From positions 62,001-126,000 of the forward strand of contig KZ537995.1 in assembly GCA_000934665.2 (NCBI GenBank): DNA of 64,000 nt, in the 5' to 3' direction. Shown here one piece after another: positions 40,401 through 52,948 of this stretch. The stretch is from Catajapyx aquilonaris (lineage: Eukaryota). The first letter of the stretch is position 1. Each line of letters begins with the position of its first letter. The notes under the pieces are model-generated. The model made no database searches and was not told the DNA's origin. It worked only from the letters and a program-made list of their open reading frames with translations. The translations under genes and the position numbers were made by a program.

Positions 40401-43400
40401 ACATAAATGAATTTTGAAAATTTCATCGCATTAAAATTCTCCTTTGAGGCCGAGTAATTTCTTTGCATTATGAAATAGTAAAAGCAACAAACCGTGATAA
40501 TTGCATCATACTCCTAACTCCCAGGACATACTTGCATTACAGTCTGGTCGGAGCTTTTGTGAGAAAAGTTTGTTATAATTTATTTTTGTCATGTCACAGT
40601 CTATCATAGTTGGAGTCGCCAAATTAATTTCACTTTCGACTCATCAGCTTTCAAGGGCAAAAAAAATGCAGATCGAATCTAATCTTGATTTCCTTCTGAA
40701 TCTCAGATTGTTTTTTTTTTCTCCCCGTCTCTCTATCTATCTTCTACTCTATTCAGCTATTCTGGAACGCGGCGGAGAAAAGTCATCGCTCACCTAAGCA
40801 GTCAGATAGGATGCACCAGCCTTTTGCCAAATATCGAAGCCCGCATTTTTTTCCCCCACCCCCTCCTGCATCCCTACCCTGCAGGCAAAGCTTCCCCAAC
40901 CTCCGGTAATCGTCCACTGGGACTATGATTGATGGCCACAGTGACCGCAGCCTGGAAAATGGCGATGGCCTCAGAGGGTTAATGGCGGTGCATTTAGTCC
41001 AAATAAATCCAGCTACAGTTTGTGCGGTGTATACAGAGCACCTGCTTCCGAATGTGTCCGTCAAATCGATACTAAAGGCGAGACTGGTATGCTGTGGCCC
41101 CTGCTTTTCATTCACTGGACCAAACTCTGCACCAAAAAAAAAGCCAATGTCAGCAGCATGGGAAGGGTCACATTCCTGCTGCCAAACCTTGCACGAGTGA
41201 AATGTAATGTATACCACATGCTATTCTCATCCGTCCATTCAACGCAGCTGCTTCTCTTTCAATACTTATGTAATATTTTGAAACTATAGTAGGCCTACCG
41301 GATAAGCGGACCCGTTGCCATATTTTGGTAACACGGCTTGGCCCACCCCCGAACTTGTACGTAGTACGATATGCCACTACCAGTTGGCCCATAATGCTCT
41401 CCCTCTGAATACTCCTGCCACTCTCAGGGCGAAAGTACTACATGCACGTTGGTGATGAGTCACTGCGCGGACAAAGTCCACCATAGCGCTGTACTACTCT
41501 GTCCTCTAATTGTTGAACGGGGAAAGTGATACGTGATGAGTCCACTTGTTTACGGAATTCTGTATAATTATGATAATGATAATGATTGTTATTCAGTTTT
41601 TTAAAAAAACTACAGGGCAGCAAAAATAATGATATTATTGTAGAAATACACAGAAAAAAAATCGGATCCGGTATCGACGACTTGGGTGTTGTTTGCTGAT
41701 CATTAATACTCGAGTCACGTACAACGGAGCCAGATGTCAAAATGCACGAAATTGGTGTTCCAGTTCGAATCCCAAGATGTGCTGGTTCCGTGGCACAGGC
41801 CGCAGCAATCCAGCAGCGACGACAAGACGTCGTCGATCGAGCGAGACCTGAACTCGACCACGACGTCCGACGACGACGTGACACACTACCACGCCTACAC
41901 GCAGACCTCCGACAGCGACTCGTGCCAGTCCGCCAGGTACATGCATGACATGGTGGAGAACCTTACAACGACTATTGGTTCCTTTTTTTAAAAAATTCTT
42001 CTTCCCCTTGCAGGCATGGTTGCCGAAAACGAGGTCGCGGTCGTCACAAAGGCCGGTCCATCGACCCTTCTTGTCCCAGCAGCTCTCAGAGCAGCTCGGA
42101 TCTCTCCAGCCCAAATGAGACCTGTTATAGTTTCGTCAGGAGAGCCCTGCAGGTAAAAAGCATCGATTCAGTATGTTCCTTTTTCCCCCCCTAAGATCCT
42201 CGGACGTATAGAGCTCATCTGTGGGGCGTTACCAAGTTTGTGTAATCGACTGGGCGTTTGACTTATAACTGGCACTTAATTTTAACACCTTGAACTGAGG
42301 CAATCTATAATTGAATCGGAGGGCAGTTGCGTCTGTTTCATTGCAGATAAATGGCCCTCTCGTTGCAACTGATGTAGTGTGGTTGTCTTGCCCGCGCCTC
42401 ACCGATTTCTGTTACTTTTATCCTGGAGACAAAAGAAAAGGAGGGGGGAAAAAAATGTCCACAATATAGAGAGAGAAGTTTTGGGAGGGTAGAAAGAATC
42501 GGGGAGGAAGATGATTGTCCCGAGAGAGATCCTGGCCTGGAGCCAGGCGAAGATCACCCCTTTCCAAAAAAGAAAAAGTGTGCTTTGATTGGTGGAGCGA
42601 CCCACCACATAACGGGGGGGTCCGAAATTTTATGAAGCTATCCCACAGGGTACGACCCTTTCTTCAATCCTGAGGATTCACACACAGGGATCAATTTGTT
42701 ATCATGCCTCGAGGCAGATTCGTCCAGGAAAATATATCTGAATACCAAATATTGCTGTTGTATATCCATGTGTTTGATTACATGTTGGGGCGGTGTCCGG
42801 GGCCTGTTTGCAGAAGCTGGCTGGAGGAAAGAGGAACGTGGGTGGCCGCAGCAGACCGTGGTTCCTCCAGAGTATGGACGGAAACAAAGGCTGGAATGGG
42901 GTTGGCAGAAGCGGAGGATCTGGAGGAACCGAAGATGAGAGGCAGACTAGCCAGGAAAGCACTGAGAACATCGAGGACCTTCCGATCGAACTGAGGAGAT
43001 TAGACGGCGAGGACAACTCAGATCATGGAGGTCAGACTTTGGCTATATTGTACACATTCCGACTATAGAAAGGCTCTAAGAACAGCGTCGCCAACTTATG
43101 ACGATTGGCTGGAGGAATTTTGGATTTTTTTACGTGTCCGCCATCTTGAGCTCCTAAAGTGGCCGGCTGTGACGTCACAGTCGACTCCGATTGGCTGATA
43201 GGACCGTGACGTCACAGCCGGCCACTTTAGCAACGCAAGATGGCGGCCACCGTAGGACACGTAAACAGTCCATAATTACTCCAGCCAATCAGAGACAACT
43301 TGACGTCAGAAGTTGGCGACTCTCTCTCCCTCGAGCCTCTCTAATTCCGACTGTTTAAAACAACAATCAACCATTGTTCAGATTCGATAATGCCGGTGGT

Positions 43401-46400
43401 GCCATGCGGTCAGCGGAGGAAGACGTTCACTTCGGCGCCCCGTTCGTCCGAAGAGCAGTCCGTGACGTTGAACCAGAAGTCGAAGAGCTTGAGTGACATC
43501 CTGAGCGTGTTTCCTGTCGGTTTCCTGAGGCATCGGAGGTCCCACGAGGAGGTGACGCCGGTGATGCCCAGCTGCAGTGCATCGTCGCTTGAGCGGCAGG
43601 ACAGTAGTAACGGAGGTATGGTGAGGTCAAAGTCCAGTGTGTCCAATCTGGCTCCAGTCGGAGAGAATGACTGGGCATCGTCTTCTCACACCATTACACG
43701 TGAATCATCTCCAGAACTGAGTAAGTACATTGGATAAAGCGAGTCTCTGGAGACATTTGACAATATTTCGTTCATTTCATTACAAAAAAAAATGCTAATA
43801 TCCTTGCTTAAAAAAAAAAACTTTTTCAAAACTTCTATGTGTAGACTACAACTGATGGCGCATTACTATTATGAACACGGCTCACAGTTCGGAGGTTGTT
43901 CATAAAATGCAAGTTATGTACAATACTTACTCCGGAGCCCGTTTACAATATAATCGAGCACGTTGAGGCTATGAAACGGACAGTTCACAAAACCGCTACA
44001 TCACACCTGATGATTGGCTTGATGGGCAGGTAGGCCTCACACCCAAATTTAAAAATGCAAATTAATTGTTTAATTGTTTACCAACAATCCACCAAGTTGT
44101 TATACAAACCGGTGATGAATTTTTACAATTAGTAACTCTATAGACAAAATACCAATCTTGTCACAGTTTTGTGAATAGCTGATTCCATTTCATAGCCAGA
44201 ACATTGACATATTGAAGACTTGATTTGCAGGACGATTAGAGTCACATGGTAATGATTTCGAGATGTAAGAATCTGTTTATAATGGACGTCCAACCATTTT
44301 CTACGCCTATTGTTCTGGTAAACATATGCCTGAAACAGCACCAAAATGTGACTCTGATTCCACAATTCAGTTCTTCAATGATTGAAACGGCACCGGAGCA
44401 AGTTTCTTCAGCACTAAAATCACTTCATCTTTTCTGAATTGTCCGTTGTGTATACTCCATCTAGGATGGTCCATGAAGCGGGAAACCAGTTCCTCATCTG
44501 TACCAACCCTGGTGACAACACCATCTCCTGCCGTCTCCACGTCGATGACGCCACCTCCCGAATCTGAGCGTCGTCTGAGCCCCGAGTGCATCCGGAGGCA
44601 CCGGACGCGTCCTCTTCTGGTGAAGCAAAAGGTGTCGATAGGACACTACGACGTGTCACCCTCGACATGCTCTCCGTCTTCTGCCACGTCCGTAACAGTG
44701 ACAGTGACCACCTCTAGGATGAGCAGCGAAGAGGCTGAGGACGAAGCAGAGTGCGAGGAGGAAGAGGAAGAGGACCAGGCTGAAGTGGAGGAACGTGATG
44801 CAACAGTGGACGAACTGCCAAGCATGCAGGACATGCGACGCATTATAGCCACGTTGCCAGAGTTCAAAGTGCGCGAGTTTCCTCTCAGCAGTTGCAGTCG
44901 GCGAGGAGCTGTGATGAAACAGAGCTCGTTGAATGAGGAGCTGATCTTCTCTGAGCGGATCAGGGAAAGAGAGAGGCTCAGACAACACATACAGAAGCAG
45001 GCGTCGCTGAACGAGGACCTGGTCTTCTCGAAGCAACAGCACCAAGGAGGATTCGGTGGACTCAGCAATGCGGAGCGTTGGGAGAGTCTGAAGGAGAGTC
45101 TGAAGCCCTTGCAGCTTCTGAGGAACGGTCTGACCAAGTTCAGGAGCCACAGTCTCGGAAGAGCGTCCAGCACCGATTCTGCGACGTCGTCCACATCCGG
45201 TGCCGGCGCCGGTACTGGCGACAATAAGGGACCGTCGTCGCTTCGGAACGGGTTTGTCCGGATTCTTCAAAGCTGGAAAAGCGAGGTTGGACTAGGCGAG
45301 ATGGCATCGTCGCCTGCAGAAGATGTGACTGTCGGCAGCCTCAGCTCCAGAAGAGGACTGTACTTCCAGTCGTTGTTCAGCAGACGAGAATCGGTCGGTT
45401 CCAGCACCGATCCGGCGTCCCCGTCCCGTAAGCAGCCTAGGCGTCCGTCTGAACCCAACCTGGACGACCTGGACATCGGTTTCGGACTGCTTCGTCCAGG
45501 AGCCAACTCTTCTGGTCTGGACCTTCTGGGTGGTGGTAGGCACGAGCGGAAGCTGTCCAGAGAGGAAGGATCGGACTCGTCAAAGGACAGCAGCTTCCAG
45601 AGTGACACTAGTGTAGATAGTGAGGATAGTTTCGCGTCGGTTATATTTGTGCCAAAGCCTGAGGCCAGAAGCGAGGCTGAGCTGCAGTTCGCCGAGAACG
45701 GACGGAGGAAGGAGAGGGCCAACTCCGCCTCCTCCGAATCTGACGGCGGCGATTGCAGGTCGCCTCCGGCCAACATCACCACCGCCAGGGGAAGGGTCAA
45801 GGAGGTCAAGCGTCCTAGTCCGGACGAACTGCTCAAGAAAACCGACTGCAATGTAAGAGTACGTTGTCCTTAAACTAATGGCTGGCGTTTGTTTCTGTCG
45901 CAAAAAAAAAAACGTGTGTACCGATGCAAGACCGATGTGATAGACATTATTTTTGTGTCTCATTTCACGGTTCGTCACACCAGCCCTTGAATCACCTGCG
46001 TCCTCACAGATTGAAGGTTTTACTGGGGCTTTTTACTCCCCAACAATATAGGTTCGCTTCATAGTGTAACCGCCTATTTAATGACGTACTTAGCCATTTT
46101 TTTCGGAAGCGACCTTTGCGAGTTGTGTGACAGCAGACTAATTAGGAGATGCCTGTGCTTGGTTGCAAGGCTTTTTTTAACTCCGATTAAAGAGAGTGGA
46201 AACGGTTTTTTTCAAACAATAAACATCACTCTAAAACATTTTAAGAGTGTTTTTCCATTCGATTTTAGTAATTCTTCACTCTTTTGCCTACTTGATTATA
46301 GTTGAACTCCCACTCTTTTTGAGTGAAAATCACTCGATTACTTGAGTGACATACATTCGCTCAGACTGAGCAATCATGTTACTCAAATCAAGTTGATTTT

Positions 46401-49400
46401 ACGCTCAATGAAAGACCACTCATTTCCACTCTTCTTTCGAGTAATTTTTCACACGATTAAAGTTAAAATATATTTCCGGACTGAAATTCACTCAAAAAGA
46501 GCATTTTGAGAAATTGCACCTTTTTTGAGTTTTCACTCGAACTTTTTAGAGAGATAAAAACCCAAGCGATTGTAAGAGCGAGTGAGTCATATAAATCCGT
46601 GAATATTCATTACAACTGTACCGGATTCGTCTCCGGTACAATTATTATTAGAAGAGCTGACTGTTAACAGAAATTATGAGAAGAACAAAAATCTCAGCCA
46701 TTATTATTTTTTACCACGGGATAAAGATGTGTCTGTGTGAACATATACCCAAACATGCGATAATCATGAGGTTTTTCCGCTGTTGTTTTCAGGGCAACCC
46801 CGAGGAGAGGACCAAAGACGTTCCAATCGTACCCCCAACCGTTGTCATTGTTCCAGCTGACCCTCCCCCCGTAGTACCCAGCACCATCCCCGTCCTGGTA
46901 GCCGAATCAACCACGACCACGGTGGTTCCCTCAGTGGTGACCACCCCTCCCTCAACGGTGGTCCACCACGACGCCTCCTCCCAGTGCTCAACAACCAGCA
47001 TCAGCAACAATAACAACAATAACAACACCAGCACCAAAGACGGCGCCGAAATCAGGCCCAACGTGTGGTCCGAAGCGTCGTTGTCCCGGTACAATGCCAT
47101 GTACAGCTCCAACAACAAGATGTCCTCTTTGCTTCTGGGTGAGAACATCGAGATCATCCACAAGCCTTGCATACCCGGAACACGCACGGTGCAGGTGGTC
47201 AGACGAAGGGTGCCCAAGTTCCTCAGCTTCGAGATCTTCAACCCGGAGACTGACGACCTGGACAGTGACTCGAGCGGTACGTCGTCGCCTGACTCGGTTG
47301 GAAGCGTCGTGAGCGTCGTGAGCGAGGCTGCTGCGGCTAAGCCCAAAGAAGAGGCCTCGGAGGAACAGCTGCTTCCAGTCGAGAGCCTCCAGGAAGACGA
47401 GGTGGCTTTAGCACCGGAAGTGTCCTCGTGTTCTTCGGCGGCAGTGGAGGCGTTGAGCGAGTGGACCGAGGCCATCGAGAAGCTCAACAAGGACATCGAA
47501 GCGGAGCAGGACGACTGGGAGGACTGGGAGAGGAAGAAGACGCCTCCGAGTCTCCTTCTGCTCAGCCCTGTTCAGAGTGCCAACAAGGCAGGCGCCACTA
47601 AAGAGAGGACGTCTCCAGCTGTGCCAACCCAGCAGAGTTTTCCTACCGCCACCAGCAACCCCACCCACGTCGAGCAAGTGAGGCATCAAAAGAGAGGGAC
47701 GTCATCCATGTCGCCTAAAGGTATATAATATAGAGACTGAAATGCATCGCTCTGTATGAAACATTATCGAAAAAGTCACTAGTGAAATAGTGTCCTTGTG
47801 TTGTGATGTGCATATTTAATTAAGGGCTAATTATTGTAAGGGGAACATCTCGTGTAAATATTCAATCCAGTGATGTGTCAGGAAGAAACGAAAAATAATG
47901 AGGCATTAAACGGGGCAAGATTGAAAATGCAAAAACAATAAACGCACCTAATGCAAATAACTCTTTTTTCACAAAATAGGTTTAAAACTCTTGCAGTGAA
48001 AACAGCAAAGAGAAAAAACTCATCAGCGAGGCAATCTGCTTGCATTAATACTACCAGGATTACTCTACAATTTACAATTCAAAATTCAATATAATATTTT
48101 CTTGTTCTGGGAATATTCTGTTCTCTCCTGGAAGTTACTGTTACTCTTGCCCAAGACTTTTGAATTTCACTTTTCTCTTTCAAGTAATATATACGTAACA
48201 AAGAGTATTTTATTGACCTTTGCATTATGAATCTCTCCAAGAACAGAAAGAGGCCGTAGTGTAAAGTCAAAAGCGAAACGATTCATGGGGGCCAAAGCAC
48301 CGAATGAGACATTAAACCAAACTTGTTGCCACGCAATATTTTATATCCACCCCACCCGGTTTATGCCATTGGGGCTGTTCCACACCCCACCCTCTGCTTC
48401 ACACTTTTTCAATGTGACGCCGCGAGAATTTCTGAATTAACATTTCCCCCCCCACCAAATGCGTCCATTCAGCACCGCAGTGCCTCCGAGACATTTTTGG
48501 CACGCCATTAATTTAGACAGCCCCCATATAATGGTGGCTATATAGCCTATAATAATACACGCACACCAGAGGAGGGGAGGAACATTTTATCACTTCCTGA
48601 TTAATATTCCGGACAAGAGGAGATGCAGGGGGCGGGAAAAAGGGGTTTTGGAAATCCGGGACTGTCTCTCTGGCCATAATGGGAGGGTATATAGGGCCAC
48701 ATGCAGGTCAGGTTTTTTGGGCAGACCGTGTGGTGAATGGGGGGGTTGGGCCCCTCCCTCTCTGCCACAGGGTTTTAAAAATCAGACGCTGCCGTAACTG
48801 CAGTTTACGTCATAGTGACGTCGGCCTCGATCCATACCTCCCCCGCTCTGCATGTACCGCTTCCTGAATGGGGGATTTTAGTGCTAAAACCGGGGCTATT
48901 GCAAAAACCGCATTGGGTTCGGGTAGGGAGCGCGATATTTCGATATATCGATGTCAGGTTCAAAAAGGCATTTTTTTTTGCACAATAAAAGTATTGAAAT
49001 AATAACATAATTCAGTTGGGAAAGAAATCAATAGATGGCGTACGCTGCTTCTTTTCGAAATTCGCAGCGGCACGACATGACGGAGGATGAGGGTTTGGGC
49101 GTCTCTCCGGACTGATGAATGGTGGTTAAATTCCCCTCCTGGGTTACATAGTATCTGATGGACAAATACAGTTGACTCCGGATATAACGAACTTCAAGGG
49201 ACCGCGGAAAAATGTATGGTATAACCGATGCCTGTTATAGCCAAATCACCCCTTTTACAACGAACACACAAGTTTTCGGCTTTCCACATGCTTATAAGGC
49301 ACACTACTGCATTATTTTATTAATGAAACTATTCACAAAAATTCAAAATAAGCTCACCCAATACCCTAAAAAAAAACGTAATTTTCTTCTACCGTCTCGT

Positions 49401-52400
49401 CCTTGCCTAATACGTATACTATAAAAAGTATGATTTTGACATTTTCTGCAAGATCAGTGACAGATCAGAAAATCACCCCAGCTTTCGTCGTATGGGCGCA
49501 TATTTTCCACCGAGGCGAGAGGCCAAAATTGGTCTGTTATAACCAACGTGAGTTGAAAATTCGTCTGTTATATCAGGAGTAAGAATACACAAGGTCTTAT
49601 AGAAGTATATGCAGCAGGGACCGGTCTTTTGAGTCTGTTATAATATCAAAGGCAATTAAAGATTATGTTTGCGATTAATATTGGACATATCGCGTGATGT
49701 TTGATACTTAAGCAATACCCCCCTACGATATGAAACTCCGGGTGTTTGGACCTCCTAGGTCACGGTCCGGAATTGCTGAGTGGCGTGTAATGGCGGCCAA
49801 AATACACGGTGTTCATGCCATGTTTAGCAGCAGGAGAACCATGCTCATTTGGCTGCTGACAAGTGGGCGGGACTATCGGGTAGTGCCATTTGACCTTAGT
49901 TGCGTTTCGGCACGCCAATAAGTCAAAGGGTTGGGTCCGGCCGCCGGTTTGCACACATACCTTCGAGGATGAAACAGAATTGCAACACACAGGGTCTTAA
50001 TAGAATGAGGCCAGTGGAACAAAGTTGGCGACCTCCTGGCATTTTCCTTCCTCAAACCGGCCAGGATTGCGCAATGCTATCGATCTAGAATTCGCGTGAC
50101 TTTAATTTTGCTCCACTTGCCATACTCCTCCGACCCATTCATTTGACATGGGTTGGCGGGGGGGAAAAAAAGCGATGGGGGGAAAAAAATTTGGCGGAGT
50201 TTTTTTTGACGACAAGAAATTGGCGGGATTGCTGGACACACGTGCTGGACACTCGTGGAGCTTTTAATTTCGGGGGGGCAACTCAACCACAACATTTTTA
50301 TAGTGCAGAACAACTTTTGTTGAACTGGGTGGTATTTATAATCCTGGGCACATCTGGACGTTGCAGACAACCCGCACAGTCTGCAGCGTATGACGTGGGG
50401 GAAAAAGACGGCTCGGAAAAAGACAAATGGGTCACAAATATTTCAGAATATAACAATTACATAATAAAGCAGGAGGTTTGTCTGTATGTCCGGGCTACCA
50501 AACCCCCTTTCGGACTACTGATAGTGCTGAAACCTGACACGCTGATGGATTTTGTGCCGCTGATTATGAGAAAAGTCCGAAAATTGCACTTTTTTAAAAG
50601 TCTAAATGTCTACAGGATTTTTCCTGGCTTACTTTACCATGGAAACAGGCTGCTCGAAGAACGGGCTCCGCTGTTAGTGTGAATAATATATAATAAAGTT
50701 TAGAATGAGCACAATGAATGTCTTCTGGACATCGATAATACTGAGTAGGCGTTTCTTGCACCAAACGTCGTGGCTATTATACTGAATGGGAAAACTTTGG
50801 CTGAATAACGTCATTGGGAAGTCGTCATTTTCAGGGGCCATTTCACATGTTTACCGTTAGGTTTCATGGCCAAGTGGTCAAATTGACTAGAACTTTTAAG
50901 GGCTCGATCCCCCAAAAGAAATTGCATTCTCTTGGAATGTCCAAAGAGGAGGCTTCCTCATTTTTTTCTTGTTTTTTTCGATCTAGAATGGTCTCGCGAT
51001 TGCGAATTTTTAGTAGTGCAGAATTTAGTTTATAAAAAAATCGTCTATTTGATGAATTTGTTTATAGTGCGCACCCATACTCGCGCAAGTCCATTGTTCC
51101 GACAACAACATTGCCACAGTTACTTCTACAGTTCGTTCCAGAGCCTTGGCAACATCGCAAAATGCTAACCCCTGCGACTCTTACCACTGGAAACAATTTG
51201 CGCGAACTGTGTTGCGCACTCGGTTGCGCTACTATAATAAGTGCGACTGAACGAAATAATTGCTATTCATTATTCTTTTACATAAAAATGGCATATTTTG
51301 AGTGATGAATCCAAATGATTCATTTTTAAGTGAACCATAAGCTTACTATAGCCCTGTGATTGCATCTAATCAGCGCATCTTTCCAGCAGGTATGCCAAGC
51401 CCAGAACCTCGTCTCCGAAGTCCGTTAGGCGGACGACAGGCGGTGGAAAGATGGCCTGAGATGAGATCTGAGCTGGAGTCCTCCCTCCTGGACTCCGGAG
51501 CCAGCACGAGTCTTCCAAATCGCCAACAGACCTGGGACTCCTTGGACACCCTGACCCCGTCCGGGTCCAGGTCCAGGTCACCCTCGCCCTCGCTCTCGCC
51601 CCCAAGAGCCAACCTCCTGGAAGCGGCAGCCAGCGTGGCCAGCTCCCTGGAAGGAGCAGTGGACGCTGTCATGAAGGCCAGTCCCAAAGCCAGGAGAAGA
51701 GGGAGGCTGAGGATGGACAGGACGCCCGAATCTTCCAGGGAAGTCTCGCCCAAAAGGTGTCCTCCAGTTCCTCCTCCTCCACCTCCACCTCCACCACCGT
51801 CGTTGCCGCCGAAGAACAAGGCTCCAGCTCCAGAGAACGCGATGATCCCAGCAGCTCCAGTCAGTTCTTCCATTCCTAGTGCTAGCGAAGGGAAAGACCA
51901 AGGAGACCCGGCGTGTCGGCAACATCTGCTCGAGTTTGCTGAAAAGCTTAGCGAACGATTACTGGCCGAGATCGAGAGCTACTCGCAGGTAAACAATGTT
52001 CAACCATTCAACGTTTGTTGGCCAAAATAGCCAGAAATATTTTTATCCTGACTGTCCAGGGCCATACTCTTGCTTCTCTTGCACAGCGGGTTGCAGGGCA
52101 GGCAGGATAAAAATGCTGAGAAGCCTAGTAAAACGCAAAATAGAGTTGACTCCGGATATAACAGACTTCAAGGGACCTGTGATGCTGTAAAAATCGCTAG
52201 TGTGACCACTATAGCATCTTTTCTTACACAGGAGACATCGAGCACTTGGAGCAGTTCGGCAGCCACGACGAAGCGTGATTCGTTCAGCCAGGATTCCAGA
52301 GGTGATTCCTTGGAATCCAGGCCGTCTGGTCGTTCCTCCTCTTCCCAGCCAACCACCTCCAAGCTGTCCCTGAGCAGCTATGTGTCCCCTTCAGACCTGG

Positions 52401-52948
52401 ATGACAACAAGCCTCGGAAGGACTCCAGCTCAGACCTCCAGACCAGCACTTCCTCCTTAGGCGAAACAGCCTTTGGAAAGCTGGAGTTCGTCGAGACCTC
52501 GTCCGAGACATCTCCAGGAGCAGTGGGCATACCGGGTGCGCCAGCTGCTCCGTACAAGAGACCGCCATTATTCTTGCCAAGGAACGGTAAGGACCACGGG
52601 GCCAAAGGGAAGAGCTCGCTGGAGCTTCTGGACGATGGTGTTCACGCACAGGAGCGGAAAGGCAGCGGGGGCGACAATAAGCGGTTGTGTGTGGGCGCCG
52701 CAGCCGCCGCAGCCGCCGGGGCGCCTGTGAGTCGCGAGACGTCTCTCAGCATGTCGACGTCGCAGGACTCTCTACAGTCGGACACTGGCGGCGCCCTTAC
52801 TTTCCACCGGTATTACCACGTGTTTCGTGAAGGAGAGTTGGACCAGTTGATTGAGAAGTACGTGGAGAATCTGCACATCATCTCCTCGTATTACGATCAT
52901 GCTAACTGGTGTATTATTGCGGAGAAGGTGCAGGTGTGGACCATTTGA
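25427..52948 (+). CDS. TRMT9B: TRMT9B/KIAA1456-like (Drosophila fid-type) SAM-dependent methyltransferase with giant internal insert, about 1674 aa
   Basis: Exons 25427-25649, 36239-36342, 37962-38156, 41764-41936, 42014-42152, 42814-43030, 43382-43720, 44465-45852, 46793-47720, 51387-51988, 52232-52948; all GT-AG and phase-compatible; 5025 nt. Trm9-family motifs [83 protein letters not shown] and C-terminal [13 protein letters not shown]...[13 protein letters not shown]. No RRM or AlkB domain, so not ALKBH8. Confidence 0.9.
37344..37535. mobile_element. Tc1/mariner/pogo-type MITE
   Basis: TIRs CCGTCAATTGGGG(G)TGAGATTGTGCCA / TGGCACAATCTCACCCCAATTGACGG; inner arms GAATTTTTGGACAACA / TGTTGTCCAAAAATTC; TA on the right flank and TG on the left. 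Confidence 0.8.
43065..43343. mobile_element. Foldback MITE with 8-9-bp TSD (Mutator- or hAT/P-type)
   Basis: The element is almost entirely palindromic, e.g. CTAAAGTGGCCGGCTGTGACGTCAC / GTGACGTCACAGCCGGCCACTTTAG and GTCGCCAACTT / AAGTTGGCGAC. Direct repeat ATTCCGACT at 43056-43064 and 43344-43352. Confidence 0.85.
46227..46553. mobile_element. Unclassified TIR element with internal CACTC/GAGTG subrepeats
   Basis: Starts CACTCTAAAA and ends TTTTAGAGAG; many internal (T)CACTC/GAGT(G) units; no clean TSD. Confidence 0.5.
49169..49645 (+). mobile_element. pogo/Tigger-like non-autonomous DNA transposon, right end truncated
   Basis: TA|CAGTTGACTCCGGATATAACGAACTTCAAGGGACC left end; repeated TCTGTTATA subterminal units and a second GGGACC near 49535-49645. 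The same left end recurs at 52143-52177. Confidence 0.6.
50457..50677 (+). mobile_element. Non-autonomous Helitron-like element (uninterrupted copy)
   Basis: TTACATAATAAAG...GTTTGTCTGTATGTCCGGGCTACC...AAAAGTCCGAAAATTGCACTTTTTT...CGAAGAACGGGCTCCGCTGTTAG|T; homologous to 8096-8560 without its insert. Confidence 0.7.
52143..52177 (+). mobile_element. Solo pogo-like TIR fragment in the last TRMT9B intron
   Basis: AGTTGACTCCGGATATAACAGACTTCAAGGGACC is nearly identical to 49170-49203. Confidence 0.65.

Noticed and set aside
47677..51373. Alternative phase-0 junction 47677 to 51374
   Set aside because: Possible, but that acceptor lacks a pyrimidine tract; the phase-1 pair 47720/51387 has a better branch point and tract.
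52070..52231. N-terminal part of ORF 52070-52948 as coding
   Set aside because: It contains a pogo-like TIR fragment; the acceptor at 52086 is the wrong phase, while 52231 fits.
25427..52948. ALKBH8 assignment
   Set aside because: No RRM or AlkB domain upstream (in-frame stops precede the ATG), and the split-domain architecture fits TRMT9B.
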